DNA of 61,647 nucleotides, filler included, from Choristocarpus tenellus KU-1152 (Eukaryota > Protista > Phaeophyceae): the NCBI GenBank assembly GCA_964200185.2. It is 7 parts of 7 records of this genome, joined end to end, with 100 filler letters (N's around TTAATTAATTAA, not from the genome) between each part and the next. Parts side by side here need not be neighbours in the genome. Positions count along the whole stretch, not along the records: positions 25,133 to 49,190 come from CAXNAD020000226.1; 6 more parts are not named here. One strand, given 5' to 3'. Within the stretch, counting starts at the first letter, position 1, and each line of letters starts with the position of its first letter. The position numbers and the translations under genes were made by a program. The notes beneath the pieces were generated by a model. It made no database searches, was not told the origin of the DNA, and saw only the letters and a program-made list of their open reading frames with translations. Below, one piece after another: positions 25,133 through 40,500 of this stretch.

Positions 25133-25541
25133 CTGGGGCAGATCGGGGTTGTGAGGGGGTGCAGGGAGCTCAAATGCAATTGGGAAAGAAGAGGGGATGA
25201 TTGGGGGTGCATGTGCATCTCTCCCATCTTCTGGAGTGCTTTAAAGTAATCGGTACTCAATATTCATAAGCATTATATGTACATATCTGGAGTAGGGGCT
25301 ATAGTGGATCCTTTGCTGGTGCCCCGCGCCCAATGATAGCAATATTCAATGCCCTCAAATTGTCTATGATGTTCGCCAAAGTTTTCTCAACTTTCCCCTC
25401 TGGCTTACTCTCCCATCCTCTTCAACCCCTTGCCTCCCATCACCCTCACAGCAAGTTCTACTTCAACAACCCTCACTCACTTCCTTCCCATTCCTGCCTC
25501 TCAACCATACCCACATCCTGAATCCTAATGCTACCCTCCAG

Positions 25542-28500
25542 CAAGCAGCCAAGACCTTCCAGCAGCAAGTGACGAGCTTGGCAGAACAACTCTCAGTTAC
25601 CGAGAATGCCCTTGCCTCTTCCCAAGCCAGCCTTCATAGCACAAAGAGAGCGATGGAACAGGCTGAGCTTGAGAAGGAAGTCATGGTAGATAGTGTGCGG
25701 AGGCTGGAGGAGAGACTGGCTGAAGAGAAGTTGCAAGCAGAGGAGCTGGTGCAGGGGAGGGTGCAGGTTAGTTATGGTGATGATAGGGGGTGAGGATTAT
25801 AGAGGATGGTTGGAGCTGGGGGTGGGGGGTGGGGGGTGTAGTTAGTGTAAAGGTGAGAAGTAACACTGGAAGAACCTGGTGAGAGTTACACTGTAAGGAA
25901 ATTCTGAAGAGGAAAGAAACCGTCTGTTCTCTTCAATTTTTCAGTGCTGCAGCCCCGTCAATCTCACTTCTGGCCCATGCTCCTCTAGACCCAAACACAT
26001 ACCATCTTATCTGGAGTAGAACAATATTGCAGAGCTGTAAAGGTTTTTGGTGAGAGACCTGAGGGGATTTCGTACTTCAAAGCCTCTTTTATACATTTAT
26101 GGGGTTTTTTGTACATTTAGTTGGGTTCTATACAATTTCAATAAAAGGAATGGTATAGAGCAGTTGATACGTCTTCAGAGTCCCAATTTCCCACCCCAAG
26201 CGCTTGCCTTAACCTACCATTCCCCCCCAGTTTATACTTGCCAGTATCCCTCTTTTCCCCCCTCAGCAACACACTTACCACTAAGTATTTCTCAACCCTA
26301 TGCACACCTTGTGGCTATGGTGTTACGATGTGGGCTGATCACTGTTACTGCTGGTACGATATATGATGGGTATGATGTGGGGAAAGGCTGAGAGAAGATT
26401 GCAAGAAGCCAATCAACTAGTCTCCTCTGCTAGGAGTGAGGTATGATTTAGTTTGCTGTGGTTAGCCTGGGACAGCAGTCTGGCCAGTTCACTAAAGTGC
26501 CTTGTTGCTTGTTTTTGTGGGGTCATACTCAGATGTTGGAGTACATGTTCATTGGACCAGGAATGAAGTATTTGTTGATGGAGGTTTTCAGTGTTTCTCC
26601 AGGACTGGAACTAGGTTTAAGGTTCAGAATAGAGTAGGAGTAGGAGTAGGTGTTGAGGAGTGTACATGGTTTGTTACAGAACGAATGGACCTACTACCCC
26701 TTCACAGCACCACAATTGTACAGCAGGTTGTAACTCTCTATTTTCAATGTAATATATTTTATTCTCCTTCCTTTGTGCCAATATCTGTGAGTCCTTGGTA
26801 CAGTGATGATACCTTGCCCTGACCTGGATCATAATATATTGCAGCATTGCATAAAAAAACTGTTGAACTTCCTGCTATTTACCTGCATTTCCCGATCATC
26901 CCTGCCCTCATTGCCCTTCCCCTTCTCCGTATTTCCCCCCTATGACACAATAAATGTGCTTGTATATGCCTTGCTGCCGAACATATCTCCACCCTCCCCA
27001 GTGATGATGGGGTTCTGATAGAGCCATGAGCTTAACCTCAGACGGCAAAGTGAAAGACCCGAAAAGGGGGTGGGTTAGAGGGTGGGAAGTAGGAAGTAGG
27101 GACTAGGGTTGATGAAATTAGAGGCGGAGGTTAATGGACAATCATAAAAATGTTTGAAGCATGAACATTTGCTCCTTGGCAGGGTGAGTTGATTAACATT
27201 TCAGAGAAGTGGAAGGGCAGCTGAGACACTTCCAAAATTAATACACCACTTTACTCCCACAAGCTGCATGCCCATAAAGCGTTGACAGCCCATCTACCCA
27301 GGCACTCCCGCCCTTTCTCCTGTCTCTCTCAGACCTCCACCTCACCAGTTACCACCGTTTTTTTCCCCAAGGATGTCGATGAACTTCACATGAACTCACC
27401 CAGACGCACTTGCATTTCTTGTTGCTGGTATTGTGGGAGAAGGTGCAGATTGCAGAAGATTCAAGTTTCCGTCTCAAAAACCTTCACGATGCTGCAGTTT
27501 TGGGGGGAGAGTTAGCACAGAGGAAGCTTCAAGAGGCAGAGGAGGGACTGGAAGCAGCAGAAAAGACAAGAGCAGAGGTCACAGTTCGACTTTTGGAGGA
27601 AGAGGCCAAAAGAGAGGTGCTGGGAACAGAGCTGGATGGAGTCAAGGTAAATGGAAGTTGCTGGTAAGGGAAACAGCACTCTATGATATAATCTAATGCA
27701 TGAAGTATATGATCACCGATGTCCTTGGCCCAGTTGATTTGTGTTCTCGTGTAAATGACCTTCCTTGGCCAAGCCCCCAAAACCCATGATGTACGAGCCT
27801 GAACCTTGTTCCTGATAGTATAGTGTATATTGGTCCTTGGCCATTAGTGGGTGTATGTAGCACACTTCAAATTGAACCTTGGACTGTGAAGCCTAAGTGA
27901 CCTTGAATCCCAATCCTGGACCCTCAACTTGACAATGTGCTGACTGTAACCTATCGCCAGCCCTGTTGCTCCTCATTTCTTAGCAATGTGTTAGCCTTGA
28001 TTCCAATCCTGGCTGCCCTTTGTTGTTGACCACCGCCCGTTCGAATTCTCCAGCCCCACATCATGTCTCCCTCCCTCCTTCCTCTCAACTGCTGAAAATT
28101 CCGGTAATTTTCCTTGCAGTCGAAATTACTGGATATGGATGAAGAGAAGGGCAAGCGCATTCAGATGCAGCACGAGCTGAGAGAGGTTCTGGATGATCAG
28201 GTAAGGAACGATCTCCACTTCCACCATTTCATGCTTCGAATTGTGGGGTTGCTTATTTGCTGTTCAAAAACTGAATGTTGCTGTTCCCCTGTTGCTCTTC
28301 AAGATTTAAAAAAAAAACACTATTCAGTATGTAGAGCGTACTCTTCTAATATTTTTGTTCTTCTTGTAAGATCTTTCAGAGTGGAAGAAGAAATTGTCAC
28401 CGCTGAGGTGTTTGCGTTGGAATAGCTTTTGTTCGATTTTACATTCATGTGAAGAAGTTGGAAGCGTTGCAATCAACTTTTTCGTCCATGTCTTCAAGAT

Positions 28501-31500
28501 CCGTTGCACAGAGGTGTGCAGGAATCATAAAGTACTCTCTCCTTCACAGGTGTCATGCTGGGTTGGTTTTGTACGCACTTTGGCGGTTGAAAAATAAAAA
28601 TGTAGCATTTTAATTTTTTGTGATTGGAAGGTGACTGGAGATGAGCTGGATATTTAAGTACTTTTTTTGTCCCACACTTACTTGCTCTGCATCCTACATA
28701 CTCCGACTGTACTGGGTACTCTAAACTGGAGAATTGCCTGTAATAGTAAAAAAAAAAATCTAGGTTGATACACTAAATTGGAAAATGTAAATGCAAGTAC
28801 TGTTGAATGTCTTTTGGCCAAACGCACTGTTGAATGTCCTTCAACGTACAACAGTGCTGCCCTTACGATACGTGGTGTGGCAGACCTCATGCGAGAGGGC
28901 AAGACTGGTGCTGCCGTGTTTTTATATCGCTAATGCTTGAGAGGAGAGTGGACACAAGCAACACACTCAGCAATCATCTGGCTGGCCCCTCACACTCTTC
29001 CTCTGCACTACATGTATTGTTTGCCCCTCGTCCATCCTACCACATGCTATGCTTTTCACCCTCCACACTACCCCGCAGTTCACCACACTACCATCCTAAT
29101 TGCTGTTTTTGCATGTCCTGGTTGCAGGCTGTGCTGAAGGAGAGGGTGTCCACACTGAAGAAGGGGCTGGAGGACTCTGAGAGGAATGTAAGACATTGTG
29201 AGGAACAGGCTGCTGCAAAGGTGGCGGAGAAGTCCTTGATAGAGAGGGACCTGGTTGTGGCAAGGGCCCACACAACCAAATTGGAGGCAGAGGTGCAGAA
29301 AATGGTGGTGGTGGTTGGTTGGGGTTGAAGTTTTACTTCCAATGTTATGAACAGTGTGCTGCTTGGGCTAGTGCTAATCAGGTACTTCTGGTATTGAGAA
29401 CAGGGTTGATGTTTTGGACCTGAGTAGGCAGGTCCATCCACCTTCTACTGCTCTGTGCTGAAACAGGACAGTGAAGAGTAGGAGAAACGGTTGCATGGTC
29501 ACGAGCATAGATCTTACTACACTGGCTATGACCTTGGTGAGCACCACAGCACCATGAACTGTTCAGCTACAGAACATACCATTAAGAAAAAGAAGAGAGG
29601 TGGACAATGAAATCTTGAGGCAAGAATCTGTTTTAGTCCAAAGGACGCTCTGTAGAATTTTTTTCTGCGTTGTGAAACTGCTTTGTGTAATGTCTGTTTG
29701 ATGTAAGAAACGGACAACTCCTTACAAGTCTGCATTTCCACATATTGTTTCTGTGTGTCAAGGTCATTAGCCTGGATAATAAGGCCTCTGAAGCGGAGGC
29801 CATGGTGTCCATGCTGCAGGAAGACCTCTGTGCCAAGGAAGATGCCCTCAGGGAGGCTATTTCAAGGGCTGATGCAGAGAATGACAGGGTGAAGGCAACC
29901 GAGGTGAGGCACTGTTTGCATTTGTGGATATATGAGTGTATCTCTTGCTTACCTTGATTTAAGTGGCAAGTTGCTGCCACCTTGAGGGATGGAATATTGA
30001 ATTATTGGTAGGGATTTCCCTTCTTGCTACTTCAGTATGTACCAGAGTACTTGTTTTTTTTAACAAATATCCAGTCTTTGTAACCATGGACCTCCTGTGC
30101 TTCCTGTAGAGCATCATTTTACTTTGAAGAAAAGTTCAAATCCCAACGTTTTCAGTGGTCATTTCAGCACCCCCAACCCTTTCACACAATATAGGAGGCG
30201 TTGGCATCAGTCTCAACAGAGCTGGATGCTACTAGGGCAAGGGCAGCCAACTCTGTCCTACAGGCAGAAGCGATTGGGAAAGAGCAAATGGCATTGCGGG
30301 AAAAGGTGGAAGAGGTGAGAGTTTCCAGTGACGTTTTTGGTCTTTTAGAGTTACTATTGTAAGAATCTTTGGAAAGAGCAACGCTTCAGGGTAGGAAGGG
30401 CTAGAATTTAGGGGAGGGAAGGAGGTACTGGAACGTACATTGAATAATGAGCTTGGGTTTTAGGACCCCATTTCTTTTTATTTTTACTAAGTAGAGTACG
30501 ATTTTTCTTTGAAGAACACTGTTTTTCTGTTACAAGAACATTCCGAGGTACAGATCATTTATCGATTGCTTCTGGACATATTGTGTTATTTTGTATACCA
30601 TCATGTTGTCATATTTGTGTTAGGGTCTCAACGTACCCAATGTAGGACTTAGGCATGCTCTTCTCCTGTCTGAACTTTATCCGCCTGTTTGCCTCTTGCT
30701 ACTCCAATTTCCTGCGTAAGGTAATGGAATGGACTCTCAATCCTGGTGCGTAGCTTCACTCTTGAGGGGAAAAGTGAAAAATCTTAGTGCTACTGTATTT
30801 GGCGACAAAAACTCTTTAACCCTAAACCCTCAAAAGTGGGTAGGTTTCGTATTCTGAGGGCACCCAAACCCTTAATTTCACACCCCCAACAACCATGAGC
30901 CAGAACCTAACCCTGTGTCTCCATTTCACTATCCAAAGCCTATAGCTGAATCTGTCCTCAACCCAAACACAATGCCCAAGCTAGAACTGAACTTGTGGTC
31001 AACTTCTGCCCCAACCCCAACATTGCATCCACCTCTATATCCACTGCATTGCTTCTACCACTATCACACAGCTGTCTGCCATCATGAACAAATCCCCACT
31101 CCAACCCCCACTTAGTCATTTTTTATCCCAAGGAATACTCCCACGGACTGTATCCCCTGTTAAGAACTGTGAATGATATCCTAACTGCAGTAGTATGCAT
31201 AAACGAAGCTGAAAAATAGCTGACCATCCAAAATATACAGACCATGACATGCAAAATCGAACTGGAGGTCAAGTGCCGAAGCCTAGAGAGGGCGATGGAG
31301 CAGACCTCCCAATCCCTAAAAGTTGTGGCTACTGATGCTGCTGAAAGCAAGGCTGCATTCACAAGGCGGGAGAGGGAAGAGCGGGCTAAAAGAGAGGCTG
31401 CAGAGTTGGACACAGCAGAGGCGTTGGCACGGGCAGCTAAGGCGGAGGATGCAACAGAGGAGCTACAAGATGAGGCAGGGAAGCTAAGACAGGAACAAGA

Positions 31501-34500
31501 GGCTGCCCTCATGCGGGAGGAAAGGCAAGGGTCACGTATGTGTTGGGGTTAGAGTTGAGGGTGAGGCAGGGTCCTGACTAGGGAGGAGGTAGTGGTAGAG
31601 GCATAGAGGTTGACCTGAGAGGAAGGTAGGGGATACAGTATGGCAGGAAAGGAGGTATGCTTGTGTGAAATGAGCAATTGCGTGGTGTACAGGAGGTGGG
31701 GGAGGGGGTACATTGTTCCATGCACAATGAATGGGGGAATTTGTCTACTTTCTTGAGATGGTTATACTGTTGTTTGAGGCTCTTTATAGCTTAGGGTTGT
31801 GGTTCATGGAAGGAAATGATTTTTTCTTTGTATGCAGGTCGCCAGCAATTCACACACACATCGAAGATGTTGACAGCTACAAAAAAAATTGAGCGTGGGC
31901 ACATCCCCTCAAGAAGTTGATAACCTACTTTAGCTTCTGTTCTACTGATTGTTACCTTCCCCTAGATTATAGGTTTGCCTGAATACCACCAACGTTACCA
32001 AAGCAAAGTACAACCCCTATGGCACAGGTTGTACGAGCTGCTGTCGGAGATGGAGCAGAGACAACCAAGTGCGCAGGCAACTGTCCAGGCTGCCAAGGCA
32101 GAGGTAGAAAATCTCACACTGGAGTTAGATGAAGCCAAGCGGCAGATTGTGGAAAGTGAAAATGAGGCCAAGGCACGGCTCACTGAGGTTAGATGGACCC
32201 ATGATTCTAAGCGGGAAAGTTGCTTGGAGTTGTATGAAGTGGTGTAGGAAGCAGGAAAGGGGATGATGGTGCTGGAGTACTTAGGGGAAGCTGATGTTAT
32301 GCAATGTTTTGATATCTCTTTACCTGTGTCTATGCACTCATACCTTCGAGATGTTGTTGCTCACCAACACCTGCTTGTTTTGGATAGTTGCTATTGTGGC
32401 CTCAAGGTGAGAGCTAGAAGCGCTTTGGGGTTGGGTTCACATCCTAAAGTACAGAGAGAGGCGAGCAGGGTTCTCTAGATATGATTAAATTACGTAAGAC
32501 TTTCAAGCAGAGTGCAAAATTGGTAACACGGTTTGGTGGGGTGTGCAGAAGTCACTGCCACATCTACCACATTATCATGAAGTGAGCAAGTCAAACCTCG
32601 CATGTCTTGCTCATTGAGGTGATGTGTTCCAACACTGGCATGTGGTTGTCCACACCTTCACATGCTCGTTAATACACTTCGAAGAGTGTTCATGGACAAA
32701 TATACTTTTTTAAGTACATGCTAAACAAATTGTTACAAGTCTATGGATGATGATTGAACAACGCATATTGCAGACAGAAGCTCTACAGCGGGAGCTCAAG
32801 CAGGTTATGGAAGAGGGGAGACAGGCTGTTCACAGTTCTGAGACTGCACACAAGGAAGCATCAAGGGCTGTGGAAGATCTCAGCAATGTTAATGCTAGCT
32901 TAGATGCTCGTGTGCATGCCCTTGAAGAGGAGGTTGAGGTGGGCACAGTGTAACTATTTTCCCTGCTTACTACCTCCTCTGTCCTCCACAATTTCCATGA
33001 GCAGTTGCTTCATACTAATCTTTATTTTGAATGGGCTAGTAGTATGACCTAACTGTGTAACAGTACCCTTGTCCACCTTTCACCTTCCCCCACTGTAACC
33101 CCCCAAGTGTGGAGCATTGTGGGGACAGAGTGCAAGTGAACATTGAAGCTTCTCAACTAAGTGTTTGCTTTATCCGTACAAAGATGAGCTATATCTACTC
33201 TATACCACTCTACCAGTACATCTACTCCCCTCCATCAAAACTACCACCCTTAGGAGTCTCAATTTACAGTTTCTCCTTCATGTACCCCATTTCCCATCAC
33301 TATTCTCATGTGCAATGCCTCTGATGGATCTCCTAGCCCTGTCCCAAACCTATATTTGATACCTATTGATTTTAGGCAGGCTCCTGTTTGGGGGTGGGCT
33401 ATAGTAGTAGTAGGTACTCTGGAGTGGAATACGGTGGTGCTTTGGAGTACTACATCGTAGGAAGGATGTATTCCAGACACAACAACGGGCAAACCCTTAG
33501 TAGTTGTGCTACTATGCTAGAGTGTGTAGACATCCTGCCACACATCGCGTCACTCACACCACACAACATACCGCACTCACGCCCCACCTTTGCAAATATT
33601 CTGTGGTATTTAAAACTTTTGTGGCACCTTTTCCCTCTCGATTGCTTGGCATACAGACAAGAGGAAAACAAACATCTCACTTCAAGGACGAGACAGTAAG
33701 ATTGGCAAAGGTTGAGCAAGAACTTCGTCTCGTACACAAGCATCTTCTATATGATCGAGACAAGGCACATAACATCCTCCTATCTGGCTTGAAGGGCATG
33801 CGAGCCAACTGGGCACATATGTCAGGTTCATCCCTGACACCTGCCCCACCCTCAGGTCCTGGTCCTGTTAATACCCAGGGCTTAACCTCAGTTACCCCCT
33901 TTGCAAATGCCGTTACTGGCTCAGCTTTGGTGCCCGAGCAGAAATGGGAGAAGGGTGAGGAAAATGAAATTTTAACCCCTGACCAGCTGCAAGTGGAGAT
34001 ATCACCTGCCTCTGGTGAAGGACTGGGTGCACAGATATCTGCTGCAGAGCATAGGGCAGATGGAGAGGGCAGCGATGAGGACGAGGGAGGGAAGGGGCCA
34101 GTGGAAGGGTGTATGATTGCAATTGCCATCGATGTTGTCCAAGAGTTTGAGTTGATGCAGGTGTGTGTTTTCTTCTTTTCATGCCACTCTGTACAGGGTG
34201 GACTGCCTGACCTACTACAAGCTTCAAATTTAGCACCAAAAAAGGTACCATCATGGCCCAGCCAACGCGGTGGCAATGCTGAGTCTTTGTCCCTCAATTT
34301 GTTATATCCTCTTTCTGCAAAACTTTGATGGCCCACGTGAACTTCAAACCCCTCACCACGCCTTTCCATTTTTTAATCTGTAACTGCACTATTTCCATAA
34401 TATTACAATTGTAGTCCACTCAAGTAACACGCACACTTGCTTTTCCTTGTGCACTCTTTTCATTCCTGCGAAAATATATACTTTGTTGGTCCAGGTCACT

Positions 34501-37500
34501 TTCTCGGAGCTTTTTGTTGTGGAAGATGACCTAAAGCAGAAGGCTGAGGACGATGCCTTGGCCCTGTCCACAATGGAGGAAAGGTTGCAAGAGCTTGAAA
34601 TGGGCTTGCAGGGGGCCACAGACAATGCAGAACGCGCTTACGCGGAGGTGGGTTATGAAGGGGAGAGGGGGGAGGAACAAGAGAGTTCAGAAACGTTCTT
34701 TCAACTACTTTGGTTGCAAAGATTTGAAGCATTCTGTCTGGACTACATGTAGAGTTGTATATGACACCATTTGCTTCACAAATGTGTCGAAGACAGCTAG
34801 GGGGACAGGAAGTTGTGACAAGCCAACATTTATGTCCTCTGTATGGAATGGGGTGCACTATGCTTGACATGGGCTATTCCATTCCGCCATGCAATTGTTG
34901 TTTTGATGAGAGATCTGTGTGGCTATCCCTCAGGCGGAGCTACTTAGGGAAGAGGTGTCTGCAGAGAAGGAGTTGCTGGCAGGAGCAGAGGCTCTGACAG
35001 ACCAGCTGCAGGCCAGGGCGAAACAAGCCGAGTCTATGGTTGAGGACCTCAAGGCAAAGGTTGAAGAACAATGTTGCTTAGAAGCACTATTGATAGGGGT
35101 TGTGCTTAAGTGTCCCAGTGGGAATCAGAGTTGTTTCAGCAGTTCATGCGCTGAGCAGACAGGATTGTGGTTTTGTTGAAGGCTTTATACGGGAGGGGGA
35201 GACTGTTGTGGAAGCTATTGCCACTAAGTTCTTCATTTGGGCTGTCTTTCCACTGCAGGACACATTAATATTTTAGGGCATTCCCCAAACAAGGGATCCA
35301 CTTGTGCCCCTACATAGTTGCCCAATACTGCTCAGGTACCTACCTGCCTTTGCGACAAAATCATACCCCAAAGGGTTGAACCACTATGGTTTCTTTCCTC
35401 TCCCAGAAAAAAAGAGTAGGACAGGTGAAACATGCATATCCTGTTTATGTTGTAACGTTGGAGCCCAAACCCCATTCACCTGGTGTGTAGGTGCGAGCTT
35501 CCAAGGATGAATCCCAACGACTTCATGGGCAGCTTGAGGCCACAGGCCTTTCTGACACTGCCATGATGGGGCTGCTGAGGAGCCGAGACGCCGCTCTGAC
35601 AGCTGCTGTGTCAAGGACATCAGCACTTGAGCATGCCATGGTGTGATTTAGTTTAATAGTTTGAAGTGTTGGACTGTGAACTAGCGAAAACACATTTGGG
35701 ATTGAGGAAAGGTTGGGAGGAGAGTGGGACAGGCATATGCAGGGTGTCGTAGGACCAATATGCAGCAGCTCTTGAGGAGAGGGGGGAAAACGATGATGTA
35801 TCTGATTTAGTGTTCACTGGGCTTCTTATTTACATCTCTTTCTAGTGGGGGATATTTACAACCCATTATCTGTGTGGTTGAAAACTGCAATAAAGTGGGA
35901 GAATTGGAGACTCCATGTACTTTGGACTGTTTTTAGATGCCTGGGTAAACTCAACACCTACTCTACTGCAACAGAGTGCATATTAGGGAATCTGCCTTTG
36001 TACCATACTGCCCCCTTCCTCTTCCCACCTCTTCCCACCTCTCCCCATCATCAAACCTCTGCCCCACGTGAAAGCAAACTGATATCCAGGACCACTGCAA
36101 CAACACCATCCTAACCCCTAACCTAATGTTAACGCTATCCGCACTCTCTGTACCTACCTTTCTGGGGGTTGGTTACCGGGGATCGATGGGAACCTAGGAT
36201 GAGCTGCAGGAAAGACACTCTGCAGCCCAGGATAAGGCAACAGAACTCAATTTCAAGGTAGAGAACCTTTTGGGCCAATTGGAGGGAAATGGGACCTTTG
36301 ACCGGCATACGAGAGACATGCTCCAACATGCGGAGGAAGAGCTCAAACACCTACGCATAAAGGTACACACTACATTTCTGTATAAAGGTAGATGCAGGGG
36401 GGGAATGGAGATTGGAATGAGACTGGTGAATAGATAAGGAGTCAAGATTTGGTGACATCGCAGCTATCAGAGTTTTCTACAGTGTAGGCACTTTGGAGTG
36501 TAGTGAAATGACCGTCTAATCCTGAAGTTCCTGCTAGTCAGTTGGATACCATACTCAACTCCCCACCCTTCTACCAGAGTTACACCAACTATTTTTCCCT
36601 TGCATCCTACCCGCCCACCCACCACAATCCCACCACCTGTAGCCCCACTATCTCAAACTGAAATCACGCATGTCCATCATTCACTAACATCCAAGCTTTT
36701 TGGCTCTCCAGCCTCTCACTTTTTTTACACTGCCCTTAACATACTAACTTCCCACCTCCTGCCCCTTAACGTTCCATTGGTTTCTCACCTTCAAACCTCC
36801 CCCTCCCCCCCCCACAGGTGTCAGAGGCCAGCATAGAAGAATCATCTCTTCGTAATCGCCTGAACGCCTCCCTCTCTGAGATAGAGACCTGGGCAAGAAA
36901 GTTGGAGGAAGTCGAGAGAGCATTGACAGGGAAGGATGATCAGCTTTTGGAGGCAAAAAAACAAGCAACAGAGGCCGTGGCACAGATATCTGAGCTTGGC
37001 TTGGAGCGGGATGAATTGATAAGGAGAGTGGCAGAGGCACAGGAAGAGGTGTCAGCAGGAGCAGGTAGTGGATTTGGTTGCTGTTGGGACTGGGATGTTG
37101 ATGTTTTGGGGAGTTGATGTGGGAGTAGAAGGAGAAGGATATTTTTTGGAACCTATAGGAAGAAGTTAGGGGTGTGGCAGTGGAAAGATGGTTTGGCAAG
37201 GTGAAAAGCTGGGCAGGGAATTGAGTTTAGGACTCACAAAGCTTGAGAAGAAAAAAAGCAATGATTGCTGGTTGTTGCCAAGACAAAGCAGGCAAATGGG
37301 GGTGATTTGTTGCATTGGAGGTTTCAAGTCATGGGTGTGTTTGATCTGCAGGGAAAGACTTTGCAGTGCCCCCTTAAGGTTTTAGAAACACACCCTTTGT
37401 ATATCACTTAGGGTTAGGGTTTGTCCATGTGGAGGGGCCTATTCCCCACAACATATTCAGGTATGCATTGTTCCAGCCTTGAGATAATTCTCTCTGGTGT

Positions 37501-40500
37501 CCCTCACCCTGATTCACGCCATACAACCTTCTGTTCATATCTCCCCACTATCCTCTACCCATAACCCACAGAAGGGATGTCTCTGTTGCAGACTGAGCTC
37601 AGAGCTAGAGAGGACCATCTCGCAAAGACAATCCACAAGTTAGATGAGTCTAATGCCATAGCCAGAGAGAAGTCAGCTCTTGAGGCAACTCTGAGGGCCA
37701 GCAGTGTGAAAGAAGCCAAGAGATACAGAGATCTTGAAGGTGGGTAGATGGTGGAGGATGTGCTCTGGCATTTTAAAATAACAAATCCATGTTTTCTCTG
37801 AGGAGTGCATTATACCTGTGCACTGTGCTTATGGTCCAAAACCACTTCTGACATTTTGTCTTCCAGAAATTTATGTGCTCTGTTGACTTATCCACTGGCA
37901 AAGTATGCCCTGTTTGCATCTCTTTGTGAAGGGTACTTTGTACCTCTTCTCTTGGTAGATGGACAATATCGTGAACTTCTTGTTGGCGTAATTACCAGAG
38001 GTGACCACGGGCAATAGGTCAAATACCGTTCTCTTCCTTAAAGAAAGCGGTTATTCAGAGCATCTGGATATGGGTTCTGATTAGGTTTTTTGATATTCGT
38101 TTCACTTGGAATGCAGTACCCCCATGCAATTGAACACTTTAGATTGCTTTCAAATGAAGCAAACAAGAATGGTACATAATGCCTAGTGGAAATGACAGGT
38201 TATGTCAGGCTTGAGAGCCCAAGATGGTTCAAATACCTTAAAGGGGATCATAAACATGTTCCAGGGCAAAGAGTTTTCCATTATACAGAAAGGAAAGGAG
38301 AGCCAAGGGTTGAGTCTGATCATTCCTGGTACTGGAGAACAAGAGATCAGAGAATGGTGTTAAAAACCATGGGACAGGGAAGTCAAGAATATGGTACAAA
38401 TGAGTGCCTGCAAGTGCTGTGGAATTTGCAATGAGTTCTTGTTTTATGGTTGCGATTTCTGCCCCCCAAACCCCCACCCCCCCCTCCTTGCCACACCATG
38501 CTTTCCTTCTCTGCAGACCAACTGGAGAATTCTTTAGGAAGGGTACAGAGCCTTGAGGTGGCTGAGGCTTCACAAAGGCATCTTGTGGAGGAACTTCAAC
38601 ATTCAATAGACACATTGGAGGGAGAGATGGAGACTCTTCAAGTGCAGGTATAGCACATGCACGTGGTTTTCCCAAATGGACTAGGGAAGTATGTGTCTTC
38701 CTACAGTAGGGCTCCACCTCAAGGAAGTGAAGCTGCTACTTCTTTGTTTACTTTCTCAGGACTCTGTGGCTAGAGTCACATCCTAGCTACAGCAACAATT
38801 AGTCTATGCCCATACTGACCCTCTCCTGTACCTCTTTCCCAGGACTTCAAAAGCTCTTCCCTTAGCACATCCTTGTGATCATTAACCCCACAATATCCTT
38901 TTTGGCAAATCTTACACATCCACATACAATGAAGCGCTGACTGATACATCCTAACCTCATACCCCTTGCTGTTTCATGCTTTCCTCTTCCATCTGTCTGC
39001 ACCACGTTCTTCCAGATAGAGTCTGAGTCTGCAGGTCGTAAGGATGCAGAGTCTTGCTTGACAGAGAGCAAGGAGAGGGAAGAGGAAGGAGTGAAGGAGC
39101 TCAGGGAAATGAAGGTGAGATCAGCACACAGTATAGCAAATAACAGGATTGGGGTCATTTTAGCCCACCACTACAACCAATGCTCTATTTTTCTTGTACT
39201 ATTGTATAATATATCTTGTGTTGTTCATACCCCTTACCAAACCAATTAGTTGGAAACACATGAACATATCGAGAAATTGCTCCAAGCGTAAGAGCATGAT
39301 ACCTTGGCAACACCAACCACAAATAGTCAATGTCATCTATGTAGTTATGTTCTCGAGAAACCAGTATGCTCAGCAACCACTCTGTCAGTTCCCATTTTTG
39401 ATATTTTTTCTTGCAGTTTGCAGGTAAGATAGATAGTTAGCCTCGTACAATTCTCCTTGCACAAAATATTATATCAATTGGGCTACAATGGTTGGAATGT
39501 TGTGAGCTGGTTTATTGTTTATTGAAGGGGAGGCAATTTGTTACCCATATATCTGGAAGAAAACAAGAGCCTGGATACCACATTGAGTACCCTCTAGAAA
39601 ATTGATCCCTCTATAATATTAAGTACTGATTTTCAATCTACTGAACTCCACATACTAGTATCGTAGTGAAGACACTGTGAATAAAAATAGGAATTAATTT
39701 TCATAAGACGAAATTTAGTGTATCTATTTTCTCATTGTTGGTACATACATCACTTCAAACAAATTTTGGGCAACATACTCTCTGGTGCACTTTACTTTAA
39801 CATTCAGTGTCCAGTCCCTCTAACTCGCACCTGGGAGAGAGATCCATGGGTTCAGAGGTGAGGATGTGGTCCGAACATCCATCAATCCCACTCCTTCCAG
39901 AGGTGTCTCCAGCATACAACCACTGGTCCAAGTTGAAATCAGTATTGCCCACATTGATGGTTACACCCACTAGCTTACTTGGAGCTCCCAAGTCCCGTCC
40001 CTCGTATTTTTCAAGCAGTGCCATCCTCATCCTCCTTTGATCTCTTCACTATGTCCTCAGTGAAGGTAGTATCATCCACATAATGGAGTAGGATTAAGAA
40101 TCACCTACCCTCAAACTGCTTTGAGTAAAGGCAGCCATTATGCCTTCTATTTGTCAATCCTTGAGTCAAATTGCTCCCTTTAAGCTCCTTACCAATTCTA
40201 AAGCTGATTGTTTAATGCTGTCAAATTCCTTAGCGATCTTCACCACAGAACCATCTGGCAGATCCAGTCGTAAGTCTTCATGGAGAGATGCACTCAGGTA
40301 CACCTGTGTGAATCCAGGGAATGGATACTCCAGCCGTAATGCACCTGCATAGCCCACCAAGGCGAATCTATAATAAGTCTTTGTGTATCTAGAATGACCC
40401 CATGCATGCATACATACAGGCAGCTTCACAACCTTCGCAATATGTGTTTGCAGCTTATAGCTGAGGAGGCTATAGAGACAGATAGTGAGCCTAAAATGAT

